DNA from: Scenedesmus sp. PABB004
Lineage: Eukaryota
Direction: 5' to 3'
Assembly (NCBI GenBank): GCA_014905635.1
Contig: JABVCE010000022.1
Location: 248,001-312,000 of the forward strand
DNA: 64,000 bases
Shown here: piece by piece, positions 22,321 through 34,337 of the stretch
Layout: each line of letters begins with the position of its first letter
Position numbering within the stretch: the first letter of the stretch is position 1
The notes under the pieces: model-generated
Told to the model about the DNA's origin: nothing
What the model saw: only the letters and a program-made list of their open reading frames with translations
The model's database searches: none
Made by a program: the position numbers and the translations under genes

Positions 22321-24992
22321 TCATTCTTCTGTCAGCCTGGCCGCCGCCGACGCCGCGTGGTGCTGCTCGCCGGCGTGCCTGAAGCGCACGACCGCACTCG
22401 CCTTCATCAGCCCCCGGCCCCACAGCATCCTGCTCCGCCGGCCCGGCGACAGTTCGCCGGCCGCGGCGCGGCCGCCGCCCGGCGCGCCGGGCGCCGCCGG
22501 CGCGCTGTCCCCGCCGCCGCCGCGGCGGCGCCGGCGGCCCGCTGCGCGTGCGCCGGCCCGCGTCGCCGGGGCCGGCGCCGCCGCCGAGGGTGTTGCGAGA
22601 CGCCAGGAACGCTCGGTACTCGGGCGTGAACTCGGCAAAGCAGCCGCAGCACACGCAGCGCGACTCCGCGCCGCACGAGCCGCCCGGGCCGTGCGGGCTG
22701 AACGCCGTGTGCCGCAGGCAGAACGCCTGCTGGCAGCGCCCGCAGTAGTGCCGGCAGCAGAGCGCCCGGAAGTGGCGCAGGTCAAACGCCTGCGTGCAGC
22801 CGGGGAAGCCGCAGCGCCGCTTGCAGGGCGCCGCCGCCGCGGCCTCGTGCTCGTCCGCGGCGGCGCCGCCGAGCCAGGCCTCGTCCGCGCCGCCGCCGAG
22901 GCACGCTGCGCTGCGGCTCTTGGGCAGGGCGGCGGGCGGCGCCTGCGCGTGGAGCAGGCCCGGCTCGGAGCTGCCGGCCGCCGCCGCGCCGACGCTGTCA
23001 GGGCTGCGCCGCGCCGCCGGCTGCGGCGAGGCGCCCTCGCCGGCGCCAGCGCCGGCCGGCGCGTCGCCCGCCGCGTCGCCGCCGGCGCCGATGATGCGGT
23101 CGCTGCTGCGCTGCGGCCTGCCGGCGCTGGGGCTGGCGCCGCCGGGGCTCGCGTCGGGCCCCGCGCCGCCGCCGCCGGCTGCCGCTGCGGCTGTCGCGCT
23201 CGGCCGCGGCTCGGCACGCCCGCGCGGCAGCGCCTGCAGCAGCCGCGCGAGGCCGTTCAGCCACGCGACCGGCAGCAGCCGCACACACAGGGGCAGCACC
23301 AGCAGCAGCAGGCTGTTGACGACCGCGCGGAGCACGCCGCGCGCCACGCCCGCCGCCGTGCCCGCCGCGCCGCTGCCGCGCTGCCCCGGCGGGCCGTGGC
23401 CGCCGCCCTTGCCAACCGCGGCCGCTTGCACGCTCGCGAGCAGCTGCGCCTGCGCCACCGCCGCCGCCGGCGACGCGGGCGCACCGCTGCCGTCGCCGGC
23501 CAGCGCGCCGGGGGCGACCACCCACACCACGCTGGGCGCCGCCGCGGGTGCCGCGCACGACGGCGCGCCGCGGAGCAGCTGCTGCTGCTGACCGCCCGCC
23601 GCCTCGCCGGGCTCGCAGCGGCCGGCGGCCGCGTCGGTGGCGTGCACCAGGCCGTCCAGGGGCCCGCTCCCGGGCGCAGCGCCCGCCGCCGCATCGGCGG
23701 CGCCGCCGCCGTCGCCCGCCGCCGCCGCCGCCGCCGCCGCCGCACCGCGCGCCGTGTCCGACCACGGCGCGCCGGCGCCGGCGCCGGCGCCGGCGCCCGC
23801 GCCGGCGCCGCCGCGGGCCGCCGCGGGGGGCGGCACGTCCACGGTCTCGCTGCGCGCGTGCACGGGCGAGCGGCCGGCGAGGTTCCACGCGGCGATGCGG
23901 TACTCGTACACGCCGGGCGCGGGCGGCGCGTCGGTGAAGGCGGTGGCCGCGTGGTCGTCGAGCTCCGCGACGACGCTCCACGCGCCGCCGGGGCGGTGCG
24001 CAGGGAAGCGCTCGAGTACATACTTGTGCAGCGGCGGCTCGCCGGGCGCGCCCGGCGGCGCCCACGCGCAGCGCACCGCGCCGGGCGGCCCGGGCGCGCC
24101 GGCGCAGGCGAGGCGCGGCACGGGGCCGGGCTCCGCGCCGAGGCCCAGCATCGCGCGCTGCATCGCGCGCAGCAGCTTCTGCCGGTGCAGCAGGCGCGAC
24201 ACGCCGAGCTCGCGCTCCAGCAGCGCGCCGCCGTCGGTCGCGAGCAGGGGAAAGTCGAGCGGCTGCGCCGAGCGGCGCGGCGCGGCGCGGCGGCGGGGCG
24301 GTGAGGGAAGGCGGCGGCGGGGGCGGGAGGGGGAGGGGGAGGGGCGGCGCTGGCGGCGGGGCGGAGACGGGCGGCGCAGGGCGGCGGCGCGCACCGTGAC
24401 GGCTGACTCGCGGAACGCCGCTGCGTGCATCGGCAGCCCGAGGCTGTGCGCTACCCAGTCGGACACCCGGACGCCCTGCGCCGGCGCGGCCGCGGTCGGC
24501 GCGGTCGGCGGCGGCGGGGCCCCGCAGCCGGCGGCGGCGGCGGGAGCCGCGCCCGCGCGCCCGCGGCACGGCCGCACGTTGAGGACGCGCTGCAGGTGCT
24601 CGTCCCACTCGAGCATCGAGATGTCAGGCCCCGCGTCGCCGCCGTCGAGCTTGTCCGTGATCTGCGCCACCGCCGCGTCGAGGCGGCGGCCTGCGCGCGT
24701 GGCGCGCCGGTCAGCGCGGCGCGCGCGGCATGCGGCGACACGGCGGCGCGGCGCGGCGCGGCGGCCGCACCCCGCCGATTGAGCGCCGCGCCCACGAAGC
24801 TGCGCAGCTCGGCGGCCTGCAGCTGGCCGTCGTGGGAGGTGTCGATGGCGTCGAACAGGCGCGCGCTGGCCGCCGACGGCGGCGTGTGCGGCGGCGCGTC
24901 CGCTGCCCGCGCGCCCGCCGCCGCGCCGCGCCCGCGGCGGCCGCCGCCGCCGCCAGGAGCAGCGCCAGGCGCGCCATGGCCGCGCCCGTCAT
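22321..24992 (-). CDS. STIM-like membrane protein: signal peptide, EF-hand, SAM, FN3, TM, FYVE-like Zn finger; 4 exons, with apparent frameshifts near 24932 and 22510-22560
   Basis: MARLALLLAAA signal; EF loop DTSHDGQLQAAE; SAM DWVAHSLGLPMHAAAFRE...HRQKL...MLGLG; FN3 (W..P...LHKYVLE...YEYRIAAWNLAGRS); hydrophobic VVNSLLLLVLPLCVRLLPVAWL; C...C..F...RHYCGRCQQAFC..H...CVCCGC. Confidence 0.8.
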
Positions 24993-25528
24993 GGCCCGGC
25001 CGCGCCCGGCGACGCCCTGGGCGGCATCAGCAGGTTCGAGAGCTGTGAGCTGTCCCTGCGCGCTCCTGCGGGCCGGCGCTGCGGGCGCGGACGGGTGTCG
25101 GTGATCGCCTGGCGGAGGAGAGCGCATTTCCGATCAGCAGGCGCGAGACAGCGGCCTCGAACAGCGGCCGCTCGGTCTCCAGCTGGTGGCGCCCCGCACG
25201 CGGCCGCCCGCCCGCCGCTCGGTCACACACCCCCCAGAGTGCTTCGCGCGCACAGCCAACCGGCCGGCGCGGCGCCCGCACCGGGCGGGCGCGCCCGGCC
25301 CAGCGCCGCGCGGCCGCGCCAGGCGGCCCCCCCTCCTCAGCCGCGCTCAGGGCGTGCGGCGGCTTAGATCACCGGCCGGGGAGCGGCCCTCGAGGGCGGG
25401 CGGGCGCGCGCTGCGCGGGCAGAGGCCCGCATCTGCGCCTGCTCGCAGCGCTCCGGCGCGTGCTTGCCTCCCGGCCCCGGCTTGTGTGTGTGGCCCAGTG
25501 CCCGCACACTCCCCGCGCGCCCGCTGGC

Positions 25529-28500
25529 ATGGCCGTGGCCCACACGGGCGCGGCGGGCGCCGATGGTGCCGGGCCGCCGGTCGCGACGAGCCTGGTGTTC
25601 CCCGACCGCAGCCGCCAGCGCGTGCTGTTCAAGCCCTGCCGCCCGCTCGGCCCCGAGCTGAGCGCGCTGCTGGGGCAGGACGCGGTGCAGAGCTTCGGGC
25701 TATGGTGATTGGCGCGCCGCCGCCGCCGCGACCGCGCCGAGCCTGCCTTGCTTCGGCGCGCGCGCCCGCGCGCCGCTTGGCCCCCGCATGCACCCGCGCG
25801 CGTGTTCATGTGTTGCCGAGGGCGCGCGTGACACCTGCCGGGGCGGCAGAGCGTGCGCTGCGCACGCTGAGAGCTTGGCCCCGCTGCGCCACGGCGCGCA
25901 GGTGCTACGTGCCGCCCGAGCGCAACGCCCTGCCGCCGCCGCTGCCGCTCGCGGTGGCGCACGCGCTGGCCGTGGGTGCGTGCGCCGCCGAGTGCGCGCC
26001 GCCGCTGGCGCGCCGGCCAGCGCCCGCACGCTCAAGCGGCCGGGCGGCCGCCGCGCGCGCCGCGCGCCGCGCAGACCAAGGCCCCGACGTGCGCATGTGC
26101 GCCGACCCCGACGACCCCAGGTGGGTGGACGCGGGGGCCGCAGCCCGCGCCGCGGCGGGCGCGGGCGGGCGCCGCCTCACCGCGCCGCGCGCCCCCCTCG
26201 CGCGGCGCGCGCAGCGCGGTGGCGGCGGTCGAAGCGCTGCACGCCATGCAGCTTGAGGCGGGGCAGACCGTCGTGGTGCGCTACGGCGCCGCCGCGGACC
26301 AGGAGCTGGTGCTGGTGCCAGTCAAGGTCAAGACAGGTGCGGCGCCGCGCGCCGCACGCGCACGCGAACGCGTGCGGGGCGTCTGGCGCCAAGGGGCAAG
26401 CCCCCCCCCCCTCCAGCGCCCCCGTGGCGGCGTGGCGGCAGCCGCCTGGCGTGCGTGTGCGCGTGTGCCGTCGCGCCAGCGGCGCCTGCGCGCCCCGCAC
26501 GCCCAGCGCACTGTGTCGCCCCCGCGCCGACCCGCGCTCCGGCGCCGCGCGCGCCGCGCCGCGCGGCCCCCGGTGTGCCGCGCGCGCCAGGCCGCGCGAG
26601 CACGGCGGCGGCGTACTGGGGCTACGCCCTGCCGGCGCACCTGCTGAGCCTGGGCGCGGGCGTGCTGCACAACGGGCGGCTGGTCGCGGTGTTTGACCTC
26701 GATGAGACGCTCGTGCTCGCGCACGCGACAGACAGCCTCGCGACCAAGGTCCGCCGCGTCAACGCGACACGGTGCGCGCGGGGCGACACGCGGGGCAGCA
26801 GCAGGGGAGCGGGGCGGGGCGGGGCGGGGCGCGCACGCGGCGCGCACGCAGCGCCTGCTGCGCAGCATAGCGTGCGCCGCGGCGACAGGCGCGCGGCCGA
26901 GTGCCGCTTGGAGGGCCGAGCGTGCGCCACGCGCGCGGCTGCGTGCCGCGCTCCTCCCGCGCACGCCAGCGCTCACACGTTCGAGGGCCAGCGGGGCTGG
27001 GGCCCAGCTGCCAGCTCCCTTGCTGCGCCTCGGCCGGCGTCCCGCGCGGCCCGCGCCAGCGTGCGCGCCTGGGGCCCTGTCGGGCGCTGCTGCACCACGG
27101 CCGAGGCCGCCCACGCCCAGCCCAGCCGCGGCGCGTGCGGCCCAGCCGCTGCTGCTCGGTTGTGCCGCCAAAGGGCTCCCAGCCCGACAAACTGTCGCGC
27201 GTTTGCTTAGCGATTGAGCGCGGCCGCCTGAGGGCTATGCCCGGCGTCGCCTGCCTGCCGTGCGGCGCCATTCGGGCATGCCCCGAGGTGCCGCTCGCCG
27301 CCGCTCTGCGGCCCAGCTCCAGCTGCGGTTGGGGGCAGCAGCACACACTGAGCATGCAGGCCCTCGGCCGTTCGCAAACCCCCAGACGCGTGCGGCGCCG
27401 CGCGCCTGCCCCGGCGGTGGCGGCGTCACGGCGCCCCGCCCCTCTGCCCCCCCCTTCCCGCGCCCTCGCCGGCGCCCGGCCGCCCACGGCCGCCCGACGC
27501 GCGCGCGCACGCCCGGCCGCCGACCCCCAGGGACGCCCTGGCCGCCGAGCTGGGGTCCCTGGACACGAGCGAGAGCGCCGCGGCGCAGGCGCGCGCGGTC
27601 GCGCTCGCCGAGGAGATGGGGTCGCTCGAGGCGCAGGCGGAGCAGCTCGGCCGCGACCTGGAGCTGCTGGAGAGCTTCCGGCGCGACCCCGGGGCGCGCG
27701 CGCTGGTCAAGGAGCCCAGCGGGCAGAAGCGATACGTCGAGCCCACGTGCGCCGGCGTAGCGCACAGCGGCGCACGGCGCGAGCCCGCCCGCCCGCCGCG
27801 CCGCGCCGCGCCGCGCCGCGCCGCGGCGGCCGACGCCGATGCATCCGCCGCGCGCCGCTCGCCCGCGCGCGCGCGCGCGCGCAGCTGGGAGCCGGCGCGC
27901 ACGGCGCGCGGCGACGCGGTGGTGCGCCCCGTGGTGCGGCTCGAGGTCGACGGCCGGCCAGTCATCCTCACGCGCATCCGGCCTGACGACCCGCGCACGA
28001 GCATGCTGCTCCGCCCCCGCCCCGGCTGGCCGGCGCTGAGGGAGTACCTGAGCGGCCTGGAGGACGTGCGCGCGGGCGCGGCGCGCAAGCAGCGGTGCGC
28101 GGGCGCGGGGCGGCGGCGGTGCCGGGGTGCCGCGGCGCGCGCCACGGGTCCGCGCCGCCGCCCGCGCGCGCTCACGCCCCCGCCCGCCGGCCATCCACTG
28201 TTTCCGTCTGCCCGCCGCACCCTGGCGCAGGTGGGAGGTCTACATCTGCACCGCCGCGGAGCAGGAGTATGCGCTGGAGGCGTGGCGGCTGCTCGACCCC
28301 GACGGCGCCATCTTCCCGCACGCCGAGCTGCCGGGGCAGCGCATGGTGTGCGTGCAGTTCCCGCAGAAGAAGGACCTGCTCAACGTGCTGCGCTGGGAGC
28401 AGGTGGGCGGGCTGCGTGGCGCGGCCGCGGCGCGGCGCGGGGGCTGGACGCGGCGCGCGCCGGGGCGCCGCCGACGCCGGAACGCGCGCCGCGCGCGCGC

Positions 28501-31500
28501 GCAGATCGCGGCGGCGGGCGGCGACCCCGCGCGCGGCGCGCCGGCGCTGGTCACGGACGAGGGTGCGGCGCGCGCGCGCATGCGGCCGCGCCGCGCCGCG
28601 CCGCGCCGCGCTGTGCCGCGCCCCTGCCAGCTGACCGCCGCCGCGGCCGTCGTGCGCAGCGCGCGCAGCGCGCGCAGCGCGCGGCGAGGCCGGCGGCAGC
28701 GCGGCGCTGTGCGTCATCATCGACGACCGCGTGGACGTGTGGGACGAGGCCAGCCGGCGCGCGGTGCTGCGGGTGCGCCGCGCCGCGGCGCTGGCGCGTG
28801 GGCCCGGCTTCGCCCGCCGCTGCCCGCGCCGCCGCCGCGCCGCCAGTCGCGAGCGCGCCCGCCGCCGCGCGTGCCCACACCGCCTCTGCCCACCGCCGCT
28901 GCCCCCCAGGTCATGCCTTTCCATCCCCACAAGGAGGCGGCCGCGCTGGAGCTCGGCCCCGCGGCCGCGTCGGCGTCCGAGTATGCGTCCGCGCGCGCGA
29001 GCGAGGGCGAGCTCGGGCGCGTGCTGGGCACGCTGCGCGAGGTCCGCAGCGGCTTCTACGCCGAGCTGGACATGGTGAGAGCCGCGGCGCGGCGCTGGGA
29101 AGAGGGCGGGCGGCGACCGGGCGCGTGGCGCCCGCCGGCGGCTGTGCGCGGCGCAGCGGCTGACCGCGCGGCGCCACCCCCCGCCGCGGCGCAGAGCATC
29201 AAGCCCGAGGCCGCGCGCCTCACGGGCGTGGGCATGGCGGAGCCGCTGCAGGCGCGGCCGCTGGAGATCCTGCCGCCGATGCAGCGCCTCGAGGCGCGGC
29301 TCGCCGCGGCGACGCTGCGGCCGCCGCCCCAGCTCGGCGCGACGGAGCGCGAGGACCGCGCGAGCGACCTCCGCCTGCTGGCCAACAAGGCCACCACCCT
29401 GCGCAGCGCGGCGCTCGCGGCGGGCGGGCCCCGCGCCGGCGCGCCGCCGGCCGGCGCGCCGGCGGCGAGCGACCCGCGCAAGCGCGCGCGCGCCGCGGCG
29501 GCTGCCGCGGGCGCGGGCGCGAGCGCGCCGGCAGCGCCGCCCGGCGGCGCGCCCCGGCGGTGCCGCCGGTGGCGGCGGCGCCGGGCGGCCCGGTTGACCT
29601 GGCGGGCAGCATCGAGGGCCTGCTGGCCTCGCTGCAGAGCGTGACGTCGCAGGCGGCGGCCGCCGCGCCGCCTCAGCAGCAGGGCCCCCCGGCGTACGGC
29701 GCCCCCGCTGCGGCGGCGGCGGCGGTGGTGGTGCCGGCGGGTGACGACGACGGCGCCGCGCGCGCCGCCAAGAAGCAGCGCCTGGCGCGGCCGCCGCCCG
29801 CCGCCGCGCCGAGCCTCAACGGCGGCGCCGACGCCGGCGGCCGCGGGGCGCCGCCGCCGCCGCCGCCGCCAAGCGTCGCGCCGCCGCCGCACCCGCTCGC
29901 GCCGTTCAGCGCCGCGCTGCCCGGCGCGCCGCCGCCGCCGGCGCGCGTCGTCGCGGTGCTGCGCGCCGCGGCCGGCGCGGGCGCGTCGCCGGGCGACCTC
30001 GCCGCGTACGCGGCGCTCTTCCCCGCGGCGCTGCGCGCGCTCGCGCCGCCGGGCGTGCTGCTCGAGGTGCTCGCGGCGCTCGCGGCGCAGTTCCGCGCCG
30101 CGCCCGGCGACGCGGCGGGCGTCGTGGCCGCGCTGCGCGCGATGCTGGGCGAGGCCAAGGTCGGCACCGCCACGGCGGTCGCGGCACTCGTGGGCGGCGA
30201 CCCGGAGGTCGCCGCGTTTTTCACGCCCATACTGGAGGCCCCGGCGGCGGGCGGCCTCGTCGCGCCCGCCGGCGGCGGCGCCGCGTGGCAGCCGGCGGCG
30301 GCGGCGCACGAGCAGCGGGGCGTGCCCGCCGCCGTCGCGGCGCCGATCGGCGGCGCCGGCAGCGCGACCGGCGGCGCCATGGGCCTGGGCGTGTCGGCGC
30401 AGCCACCGCCGCCGCAGCAGCAGCGGCAGCAGCTTCTGCAGCAGCAGCAGCTTCTGCAGCAGCAGCAGCTGCAGTTCCAGCCGGGCGGCACGCAGACCGT
30501 CGACCTGCGCGGCCTGGGCATGATGCCGCCAGGCCTCGACGCCGCAGCAGCGCCGCCGCCGCCGCCCCAGCAGCCACCTCAGCAGCAGGCGCAGCAGCGG
30601 GCGCAGCATCGGGCGCTGCCGGCCGGCGCTGGCAGCCCGCCCGGCGGCGGTGCCAAGCCGGCGACGCCGGTGCTGGACTCGCTGGACGACCTGCCGCCGC
30701 TGGGCGAGCCGCCGAGCGCCGCCGCGCTGGCCGCGCTCGGGTACGCCGCCGACGCGTTCGCGCACAGCTATGCCGCGATGACGCGCGCGGCCGCGCGCGG
30801 CCGCGTCAGGGCGTCGGCGCTGGTGTCGCACGCGCGGGCTAAGTCCTCGTTCGCGCTGCTCGCCGAGCTCAGCCGCGGCGCCGCCGCGGCCGCGGCCGGC
30901 GTGCCCCGCCCCGAGAGCTTCTTCGTGCGCGGCGACCAGCGCCCCGGCGCCGCGCCGGCCCCCGGCGACGCGCAGCTCACGTGCGTGCTGCGCTTCTGGG
31001 GCAAGGCCTGGGGCTACGGCGTCGGGCGCAGCAGGGGCCAATCGCGCATCCTCGCGTGCGACGACGCGGTCGTCAACATGTACGTCTCGGGCGTGGCCTT
31101 TGACGCGCTCGCAGACCTGCCCTTCCGCGGCGCGCCGCCGAGCGAGGTCGGCGGCGGCGGCGGCGGCGGTGGCGCGCAGCAGCAGCCGCAGCAGCGGCGG
31201 CCGCAGCAGCAGCAGCGGCGGCGGCAGCGGCAGCAGCAGGACGCGCCGGCGTCCGCCGAGGCTCGCGCAAAGGCCCAGTTCGGGGAGCTGCTCGTGTTCA
31301 GGCTCGCCGGCGCCGGCGGGTGCGCGGCGCGGCGCTCGCGCGTGCGCCCATGCGCGCCGACCGGGCGCCGGCGGCGCAGCGGTGGCATTGCGCGGCCCGG
31401 CCCGCTCACAGCCCGCCCGCCGGCCCGCCCGCCCGCCCCACTGCGCAGGGGCATCGTGAGCATGGTCGCAGAGGTGCGCGAGACGCCCGAGCGCGGCAGC

Positions 31501-32295
31501 CGCGTGGTCGTGTCCGCCGCCGGCAGCGGCGCGCGGGCGGAGGAGGCGATGGAGGCCGCCTCGGCGGCGCTGCTCGCGCAGCTCGCCGGGCAGCCGCAGC
31601 CGCAGCAGCCGTTCTTGCAGGAGCAGGCGCAGCTGCAGCAGCCCGAGCACCTCGGCGGCCAGCCGTGGCAGCAGCCCCCGCCGCCATCCGGGCCGCGCAG
31701 TGGGGAGGGACCCAGCGGCGGCAACGAGGGCGTCCCGGGCAGCGGCGGCGGCGCCGGCGGCGGCGGCGGCTTTGCGCTGCAGCAGTTTGGCGGCCAGCTG
31801 CAGTTTGGCGGCCAGGCGGCGGCCGACCCGCCGCCGCCGCAGCAGCAGCAGCAGCAGCAGTTCCAGGGCCAGGCGCAGCTCCAGCAGCTGCTCCAGCAGT
31901 TCCAGGCGCAGGCGCAGCAGCTCGAGCGCGAGCACGACCTCCGGCAGCAGCAGCAGCAGCAGCAGCAGCAGTTTGGCGGCACCGCTGGCTACGCGGGGCA
32001 GGGCTTTGCGCCCCAGCTGCAGGGCTTTGCGCCGCAGCAGGGCGTTGCGCCGCAGCAGGGCTTCCAGCCCCAGCAGGGTCACCAGCCAGGCTTCACGCAG
32101 ACTGTGCCGCAGCAGCAAGAGCAGCACGCGCCGGCCTGGCAGCAACAACAGCAGCAGCCGCAGTGGCAGCGGCAGCAGGACCGAGAGCGAGAGCGGGACC
32201 GAGAGCGGGGTTACGGCGGCGCCCAGGGCCGGGGGCAGGGGCGCGGGCAGGGTCGTGCCTCCAGGGGCCGCTCCACGCGGCTGCGGCCGCGCTGA
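25529..32295 (+). CDS. RNA polymerase II CTD phosphatase-like (CPL1/CPL2 type) with a C-terminal dsRBD-like region and Gln-rich tail; apparent frameshift near 29553
   Basis: HAD motif VAVFDLDETL; VRPVVRL..VILTRIRP...TSMLLRPRPGW..LREYL; WEVYICTAAEQEYALEAWRLLDP; VIIDDRVDVW; dsRBM-like CVLRFWGKAWGYGVGRSRGQSRILACDDA. Confidence 0.85.
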
Positions 32296-32299
32296 GGGC

Positions 32300-32304
32300 T
32301 GTAA
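32300..32304 (+). terminator. TGTAA poly(A) signal candidate for the CPL gene
   Basis: TGTAA just after the stop at 32295. Confidence 0.35.
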
Positions 32305-32915
32305 ACGCTCGCCCCGCCTGCCTCGCCGGCTGGCCGCTCTCGGACGTGGACCTCGCACGAGCGGCGCCGGTTGCACCTCAATCACATGTACAAGAACAGC
32401 CGCCGCGCGACGAATTGGAACTGGTACAGCCGCACGGCCGGGCCCTGCCGCCCCAGCTCGGAGCTCGGAGCGCGCGCAGCAGGCGCCCGCCAGCCTCGGC
32501 GCCCCCGCAACTCTCCGCGCCCAGGCGCCGCCGCCTCCGCCGCCGGCGGCGGCGCGCACGCCCCGTTGCCGCGCGCGCCAGCGGGCGTGCCCAGTGCCGG
32601 CACACCGATGTACACTCACCCTCACCGCGCCGCGCTCGAGGCCCTCCCCCCGCCGCTCCCGCCGCGGCGCGGCGCGCCGCGCCACAGCGGAGCGCATGCA
32701 CTCCCGCCGCCCTGCCCTGCCCCTGCCTGCGTCGCCGCGCCTGTGCCGCGGCCGCGGCTGCTGCTGCAGCCACGGCCGCCCGCCCCGGCGGCGCCGCGCG
32801 TGCTGCCGCCGCGGCCCCGCGCGCAGCGCCAGCCGGCCGCTGCCGCCGCCGCCGCTGCGGCGCGGCGCGGCCGCTGCCGCCCGCCTGCCGGGCCCGCCGC
32901 GCGGCGGGGCGGCGC

Positions 32916-33892
32916 TCACAGCGCCATCTCCGCCTGCAGCGCCTCCAGTTCCAGCTCCTCCGCCGTCTTGGCCGGCCGCGCCGCGACCTTGCCCGCGGGC
33001 ACGCTCGGCAGGCCCTGCGCGGGCGCCTTGCCTGCGGGCGGCGCGCGGCGCGGCGCGGCGCGGCTCGGCGGCACGCTCGGGCGCGCCCCGCCGTCGCGCC
33101 CCCGCCGCCGCGCCGCCGCCGCGCCCTTGCCGCCGCCGCCGCCGCAGGCGCGCACCCGCGGGCACGGGCGCCGGCTCGAGCAGCTGGTTGTCCAGCTCCT
33201 CCGCCTCCAGCTCGGCGAGCTCCGCCTCGAGGTCATCCATCTCCATGTCGGCAAAGCCGCCGACTGGCTGGCTGATGGCCTCGTTGATGACCCGCATCTG
33301 CTCCCCGACCTCCTGGATCTCCTCCAGCGTCGTGTCGATGTTCTCGATCTTCATCTCCTGCAAAAGGCGACGACGCGCCGCGGGCGGGGCGGGGCGGGTG
33401 GGGCGAGAGGTGGCGGCGGCGCGCGCTGCAGCAGCGGCGGCGCGCCGCGGCGGCGCGGCGCGCGCGGGCCCCGCGGGCCCGGCGCGGCGTGGCGTGCGGC
33501 GCGCGGCGCCGGCGCGCCTGCATGGTCTTCTTCTGCGCCTTGGCCGCGTCCTGCATGGCGCCGAGGACGCCGATGGTCGTCTGCTGCTCCTCCAGCATGT
33601 TGCGCTGCTCCAGCACGCGGCTGATGAGCGCGTCCATGCGCTCTAGCTGCTGCTCGAACATTTTCTTCTTCTTCAGGCACATCAGCGCCTGGCTCTTCTT
33701 CTTTTGCCGCGTGAACTCGCGGGCCTTCTCCATCTCGTCGCCGATGCGCTTCTCCAGCAGCAGCTTCTTCTTCTCCAGCTGCTCCTCGCGCTCCGCCAGG
33801 CTCTGCATGGCGTTGATGGTCTGGTTGGCCGCGCTGCTGGCGCCGGGGGCGGCCTTGGGGCCGCCCCCCGCGCCGAACAGCTTCTTGAACAT
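32916..33892 (-). CDS. SNF7: ESCRT-III subunit SNF7/VPS32 (CHMP4), 3 exons
   Basis: MFKKLFG..., KKKSQALMCLKKKKMFEQQL, INEAISQPVG, DDLEAELAELEAEELD, and C-terminal EELELEALQAEMAL. Confidence 0.93.
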
Positions 33893-34293
33893 CACGCGGG
33901 CGCGCCTCCGGGGGCCGGGGCGGCGCGGGGCGAGGGCGCCGCCGGGCGCCGGGCGGGCGAGCACGCGGGCGCAGGCGCCGATCAGCAACGACTCCGCATG
34001 CAAGGACGCCTCACGGCCGGGCGGGCGTCGCGGCGTCGGGGACGACGTCAGGGCGCGGGAGTGGCGCGCCGCCGGGCCGGGGCGCTGCGGCGGCGCGCGG
34101 CGACGGCCGCGGCGACGTGACGGCGCTCGGGCGGGGTTCTCGGCGCGGCGCCGCTGCTGCCGCCGCCGGCCGCCGCACGCAGTGCTCGGCCCCCGCTGGC
34201 CGCCGCCTGAATCCCGGACCACCACCACCCCTCTCCCCGTCCCGCGACCGCGACCCGCGCCACGCACACAGCCGCCGCGTGGCGCACCCGGCA

Positions 34294-34333
<40 letters not shown>

Positions 34334-34337
34334 GGCG

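Noticed and set aside
29056..33363. 1,435-aa minus-strand ORF, and many other long Arg/Ala/Pro-rich ORFs in the track
   Set aside because: Only its first ~68 aa are a real SNF7 exon; the rest is intron read-through and the antisense shadow of the CPL gene. Stops are rare at this GC content.
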